Part shown: in pieces, positions 58,579 through 64,000 of the stretch
Layout of the letters: every line of letters begins with the position of its first letter
Numbering within the stretch: the stretch's first letter is position 1
From: an uncultured virus (IMG/VR IMGVR_UViG_3300020577_004566)
Taxonomy: Duplodnaviria; Heunggongvirae; Uroviricota; Caudoviricetes
DNA length: 64,000 bases
Virus record (IMG/VR): IMGVR_UViG_3300020577_004566
Strand: one strand, 5' to 3'
Translations under genes and position numbers: made by a program
Notes under the pieces: generated by a model
Seen by the model: the letters and a program-made list of their open reading frames with translations, nothing else
Databases searched by the model: none
What the model was told of the DNA's origin: nothing

Positions 58579-61500
58579 CTAGGCATATTCGCTATATCCG
58601 ACCGGATTGCCATGCCAAGCATTGATCCAGCCACCGTAGTCACGGAAACTGCAGCCAATGATCTTGCCATCTCGCATGGCCAGTTTGCGTCGGATTGGCT
58701 TCTTATCAAGAACTTGCTCCGGGTCAGGCATGCACTTGCCAGCCAACCAGGCAGTTGCTTCCTTAATGCATCCAATCGGCTGCAGAGTGACCATCTTGGC
58801 AGTACGCTTAGTGATCACGTACCACTCAACATTGGTCTGATCGTATCCCCAAGTAGCGTAGGCAATCTTGCCAACCTGCCAATCTTCATCGCCTTCAGGA
58901 GGATTCATTGCTGGCCCGCATTGCTGGCAGTCAGGCGAAAGGCAGTAGCCGTTGGCTGCGTTGCATTCATAAGTCTTGATGCCTTCATAGCTCTTGCTGG
59001 CGAAGTATTCGCAATCAACAGGAGCTGGGGCACTGATCTTGTCAAGAAGTTCAAACATGGCTCATTCTCCTTGTGTTTGTTTCGCTCGTTCGCTCACCAC
59101 TATCATCATACTGTATCGGAATGAATCGGCAACTTTATTCTTTGATTTTTTCAGGAATAAGTTTGCCCACCATTCTGGCCAGCATTTCTACGTCACGCGC
59201 TACATGGTAAAACGGAATAGAAGAGCTAGGGGAATGCATATCAAGAGCCATCTCCAGCATCCGCTTGGCGCACATGGCAATAACTTTGGCCGGAACTGGA
59301 TAAGTTCCGTTGAAGTTATTCTCGTGTTCAAAGTCGCATTCCAAGTCTTGCTTTCGCATCTGGCTTTCGCAAAACTCTATCGCCTCTCGCAAAGACTTTC
59401 TAAGAGCGCGATAGGCGTCGGCACTGTTGCCCACAATAGCCCACGGCCTGATCATGGCCTCCACTCTAGTTATCATCCCGCGAGCATCCGGAGCATCTGG
59501 ATAGGATTGCGGCGGACTCGTAACAAACATCTCAAGCTTCATGACTACTCAACTCCAAAAAGGAACAAGACACGCCCATTAACAATAGATTGGCAGATAA
59601 GCTCAAGATTGCCGGTCATCCTTGGCACTACAGCGCCTTCAACGATATACATCATGACTTGCTCTTCTTTGGCCATCAGGTTATTAGTGTGCAAGACGTG
59701 AAGCTCATAACTGTACGTCCTGGCATGCGGGCCTTCTTTTTCAAGCCTGATGTTCCAGCCGATTACCTTGGCATCCCAAGGAACCTTGAGCTTAATAGCC
59801 TCGATTTTCTTGTCGGCGCTCACGGTAAACTCAATCATCGGAACAGCCGATACGCCCTTGGTAATCATGATGCCCTTTCAAAGTCTAATCCAGGAGGGTT
59901 GAGATTGTAGCCGCATGGGCGAACCCGGAAGAACCTTGCCCACACTCGGCACATTCGGATGTATTGATTGTGGCTGGCCCGGTGCAATCGCCGCCAGTGT
60001 TCCCAGTGCCTTTCAGCTTTGCAAAGTCTGATCGGGATTCGGTATTTTGGATCACAACGGGCATTGTGACGTCCGACGACTTGAGTGAAGGGAATCATTA
60101 CTTCTCCTTGTGCCTCGCATTGGCCTGTTCAATTAGTCTCTGGAGATTCCAGATAACATCATGGGCAACACTTGCAGCCTCTTCAGGCTCAAGATTGGCT
60201 ATCGCGTCATTGATAGCCTTTTTGATTTTGTGAATGGCCTTTTTAGTGGCCTCTGGCATTGGCTTGCTCACAATGACACCCGCAATCCAGTGTTTTGCTC
60301 AAACACCTGCTGCAACGAATCGTTATAGACGTCGTTTGATTCATGGATCAATTTCATTTCCATGCCGCGCAACCGGTAGAACTTGACGTCATAGGTGTCC
60401 ATCGAATTAAGATCGATAGTCACGCAGTTGATTCCAGACTTGCAGAATCCGCCGCCTCCAGGCAGACGGAATGATAAACCTTTTTCGGTCGCGGAAAACA
60501 TCTTAGCGCCGGTCATCACCTTAAACCGACCGCCGCCCAGTTGGCTGATGATTTCCTTGGCTACAATCTGACGTTGCTCGGCTGCTAACATGACCATTCT
60601 CCTTGTTTGCGTTTCCCGTTCTCACCACACAGTCAATCATACTATCTCAGTATGATTATGCAAGTGCTTCTTCCAATAAAATGTTGCGATTGTAAGAGAA
60701 TGAGTTTTTCCAGTATTCTTCTTGAGAAATAAAACGATCATCGTCCATATCCATCAGCTTCGCGTAGAAATCAGAAACAACTCCATCGCCCCTCGCCTTC
60801 TGTTCATTTTCCAGCTCGACAGCAGTTTTAGCCATTCGACCGAAAGTAGTTCCGTTCTTAATATCCCGATAGGCATAATGGTGAAGGACTCGCCCGCCAG
60901 TCGGCTTAATTCCAAGATGATCAGGGAAGCCCCAGGGCGAGTAAGACTTCCCGTCGTCAGCTTCCAGGTAGTAAACAGGAATTACCGGATGCTGCTTTGG
61001 CCGTGCAGCCTCTGCTATCGCCATTGCACGCTTTTCTTTATTGTCGATCATGGCATTCTCCTTGTTCTGATTGTTCACTTAGGATTAGTAAACCCCAGCT
61101 TCATCGGCTGGGATATCGCATTCGCTTCGGCGCTTGACTACGCCATCCTCAAGATCAACACAGTAGCCATCAGGAATATGACCGGCAGCTATCTCCTTGT
61201 CCGCCGCCTTGGACTCGGCGATGAAATCAGCGATACCGCCAAGGGTAGTGTAAACTTCAACGGTGCCACCGCCACGACGACCATTCCACAATTCACGAGG
61301 ACGATACACCTTTAAGGTTTCGCAAGCGTTAGCATCGGCCCAAAAGTCGATTGATCGATCAAGAGTAGTGAGACGAAACTTTCCTGACCTGCTCTCGGCA
61401 ACAACATAGAAAGTCGATGGCTTACCTGACTTGCCGACGTATCGGACTTTGCGGTAGACGCGGCTCTTTTCAGTAATGGGAATCGGGACATAGGCATCAC

Positions 61501-62528
61501 TCGATTCAGATGATTCAACAAGCTTCTGGGCATCACCCTTGGCCTGCGATCCAATCCACCACATTTTTCGATCACTATCCCAGTGGCCACCCATAGACTT
61601 GATCTTGTCTTTAATCGGATAGGTGTTGCCGACAAAGTAGATTCGACGGCCTTCGTATTGCAACTTGACGCTCATGGCATTCTCCCTGTTTTAATTGCCT
61701 CGTTCACTCACCACACAACTATCATACTGTGACAGTATGATAGTGTCAAGGATTATTTAGAAAGAAAAGTCATGATAGTGATTTCTTTGACCGACCAACA
61801 AGCTGCTACCGCCACCAGTTTCACGCCATCCTCGATTAGTCAGGCGAAAGACTCTGGTGCATCCTTCTGGATTGCGCGAGTATTCATACTGCTGACATTC
61901 CGACATGCCGTTCTTATCGACTCGCTTTGCGTGATCGTACTGGACGGTCAAGGTTTTCGGAGTGACTTTAATGATGGTAGCTGCCTGTCGATCAGTCCAT
62001 TTCAGGACAGTGCAACCCATGCCGACCTCTGGCGATGGAGCGCCCACGGTCATTCCGCTCATCATCCAATTGACAACGCTGGCAGTTTCAGTTCCAAGCT
62101 TCATGACTAGTTCCCCTTTTCGTAAAGAACCCACATTTCGAGATGATTCGACCAGCCCCAGCGATTACCGTTAGGCTCATCGGCAAGCATGGCCATTGGC
62201 GAAAGATTATGAGGCACGAGAGCCATTTCCTTGGCAGAACGGACAGTCAAGACGTTTCCGTTGTCTTTGCTTCCATGAAGCTCGTCAACCATCTGGCGAC
62301 AGCCTTTTAATTGAGCAGAGTTCATTTTCGTTCTCCTTGCTTGACTGCTGAGGTGAAATCTGGTTTTTCGCCAGCAAACTTTGATAACCGAAGAACGGAA
62401 AATCCATTAGCCTTTGCCCATCGCTTAGCATTGGCCAAATGGTCTTTATCTTGGGTTGAGGTTATTAACTGCTCCTCCCATTCTTCGTCGCCCTTCTTTC
62501 GGCCCCAGAGGACATATTCGATTGGCAT
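58579..62528 (-). CDS. Block of small early-type hypothetical genes (58579-59058, 59135-59542, 59545-59868, 60268-60597, 60656-61051, 61085-61675, 61757-62105, 62107-62325, 62322-62528)
   Basis: Short ORFs, many with a CAAGGAG-type RBS, interleaved with motif-C promoters. Confidence 0.7.
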
Positions 62529-62605
62529 CTTTCGTCTCCTTGCCTCGTTGTTTATCAGTCACTCACCACACAGTTAATCATACTCTCTGGTAATGATATC
62601 GTCAA
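59093..62605 (-). promoter_or_regulatory. Early promoters, motif C copies 2-5
   Basis: 59093-59132 TTGCCG-16-TATGAT; 60621-60663 TTGCAT-16-TATGAT; 61705-61749 TTGACA-17-TATGAT; 62560-62605 TTGACG-17-TATGAT. All are followed by GTGGTGAG. Confidence 0.88.
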
Positions 62606-62761
62606 TAAGAAAACCGAAGATTATTCAAAATAACCTTCGGCCTCAGTTAGTTCTTTTTTACAGCCCGCTTCGCCTCTACGTCCCGATAGAAAGAATCGCA
62701 ATCTTCCTGGTCTTGCCCAGCATCTTTCTTGTATGATTCAAGTAAATGCTGGTCATGCTCG

Positions 62762-64000
62762 TCAAGTTCCACGGAGACCTTTGGCGACTCTGGCGGGGAT
62801 ATGCCCTTCGGATTCGAGTTCATCGACATGCTTCAGCGCTCCTTTCTTCTCTTCATCGGCATTGTATTCTTTCCTGCTCAAGTGGCTGATAATTTCCTCG
62901 CGATCCTTTAGCAGCCTGGAGTCTTGCGCCTTTCCGTTGTTGTCGATCACGCGAAGCTTGACGTCGGGACGTTCCTTGGCAAGCATGAGCGCCACACGTC
63001 TTGCGTCTATATTAGCCTGAACGGCCACTGAGGCAGGCACCGTGCGAGGATTGGCCCCCTTCTTGAGCATGGACATTGCCCGGCCCACAACGCCCTTCCA
63101 GGCTTCTTGGGGATTGCGGTCGATGAACACAATATCAGGCTCATAGCCGTGAGACTTGATTTCATCGATCTCCTTGGACAGCTTTGCGTAATCTGCAGAC
63201 GTCTGATCGATCCTGATTGGGTAATCGCGCTCATCAAAGTGATTGCCCACAGCCGTTCCTTTGCCAGAGTTGTGAGTCACCGTGAAATCGCCAAGCAAAT
63301 ACAGTCCGTCCCCTTCCAATGTGAAGCCATAGAAATCACCAAATCCTATCGGCCTTATTGAGAATCCGACATGCAAAACATTGCGAGTCCTCTTGCCGTC
63401 CAGATAATGAGTAGCGCGCGGCCTCGCTTTTCGTCTTGGTAGTTTAACAGGAATCCTGTCGATATCTCCACAAATAAACATCCTGTAGTAAGTGCCCCTG
63501 AATCCAGTCTGACTGGATTTCCTGCATCTTTTGGCGTACGCAGAGAACCCAAGCGATCTAGCTAGTCTTTCAACTTGCTCGGCAAGATGCTCATGCTTAG
63601 TTATAAAATCATAGCCACCACGATTATCGTAGCACCCATCAGAATCAATGAGTCCAGCAAGCAATTGAATCCGTACGCTGCGATCATTGATCATATACGC
63701 ATCAGGGATGTGCTTATTTCGCATTACGCCAATGCGCCTTAAAAGCTCCATTAACGGATTGATTGGTAGACCAGATTGGCCGACTGGCCTTTGTGATTTA
63801 AGCGCCAAATCATGCCTGCTAGCCTTGTTGCCCGGCTTACCAGTTGACCGAAGATTTAGCTCCGGAAAACCCTTAACGAACTCGGCAAGATAGTCAGCTA
63901 TCTCTTTGTCTGCAGAGGTTATCTGGGCAGCGCAATGCGTTCCGTCGCCCAGCCAGAGGCCAAGGAAATATGGATCAACACAAATCGACATATACCGGTA
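62762..64000 (-). CDS. P-loop (zeta-toxin/kinase-like) protein, 5' end outside the window, interrupted by an intein
   Basis: C-extein starts SGKGT (rest of Walker A); later IDQT, IVFIDR, GRA......RTVP. Confidence 0.7.
   Translation of the reverse strand, partial: YRYMSICVDPYFLGLWLGDGTHCAAQITSADKEIADYLAEFVKGFPELNLRSTGKPGNKASRHDLALKSQRPVGQSGLPINPLMELLRRIGVMRNKHIPDAYMINDRSVRIQLLAGLIDSDGCYDNRGGYDFITKHEHLAEQVERLARSLGFSAYAKRCRKSSQTGFRGTYYRMFICGDIDRIPVKLPRRKARPRATHYLDGKRTRNVLHVGFSIRPIGFGDFYGFTLEGDGLYLLGDFTVTHNSGKGTAVGNHFDERDYPIRIDQTSADYAKLSKEIDEIKSHGYEPDIVFIDRNPQEAWKGVVGRAMSMLKKGANPRTVPASVAVQANIDARRVALMLAKERPDVKLRVIDNNGKAQDSRLLKDREEIISHLSRKEYNADEEKKGALKHVDELESEGHIPARVAKGLRGT
63269..64000 (-). mobile_element. 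Intein with a LAGLIDADG homing endonuclease
   Basis: PYFLGLWLGDG, LLAGLIDSDG, C-terminal splice block FYGFTL.GDGLYLLGDFTVTHN/S. Confidence 0.95.

Noticed and set aside
58994..59701. Long plus-strand ORFs such as 58994-59701, 26139-26849 and 35573-36208
   Set aside because: They are antisense to well-supported minus-strand genes and have no recognisable motifs.
1..64000. Alternative genetic code (stop-codon reassignment)
   Set aside because: Recognisable genes are full length under the standard code and end in TAA, TAG and TGA; no suppressor tRNA was seen.

Overview
This window is part of a tailed dsDNA phage genome, cut at both edges, with almost every gene on the minus strand. The host is probably a planctomycete, inferred from TIGR03000-like and MauE/DUF1573-like proteins. 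In plus-strand order it carries: terminase large subunit (runs off the left edge and is absent from the ORF track) and a probable small subunit; a replication/recombination block (SF2 helicase, GroES, two tRNA-type genes, ParB-domain protein, ERF); a cluster of secreted/membrane proteins with a papain-like peptidase, a free-standing HNH gene and tRNA-Met; a plus-strand sigma-70 factor behind about 500 bp of structured non-coding DNA; glycosyltransferase genes; tail and head genes (a -1 frameshift chaperone pair, portal fused to a 2H phosphoesterase, MuF, major capsid); an inserted dcm-vsr cassette; tail-fibre and host-type membrane genes; a nucleotide/DNA block (nucleotidyltransferase, SSB, CsrA, Dam-like MTase, ThyX, HD hydrolase, XRE HTH); small early genes with repeated sigma-70 promoters; and an intein-containing P-loop gene at the right edge. 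The strongest signal the genes do not explain is a set of three dispersed motif families. Motif A is 18 copies of the palindrome AGCCTC-N4-GAGGCT, 1-6 kb apart, mostly on stop/RBS junctions, with flanks drawn from a few discrete classes. Motif B is 7 copies of CATGATWCA-N3-TGWATCATR. Motif C is 5 early promoters, each with an internal inverted repeat. All family assignments come from recognising motifs by eye; no database searches were run.
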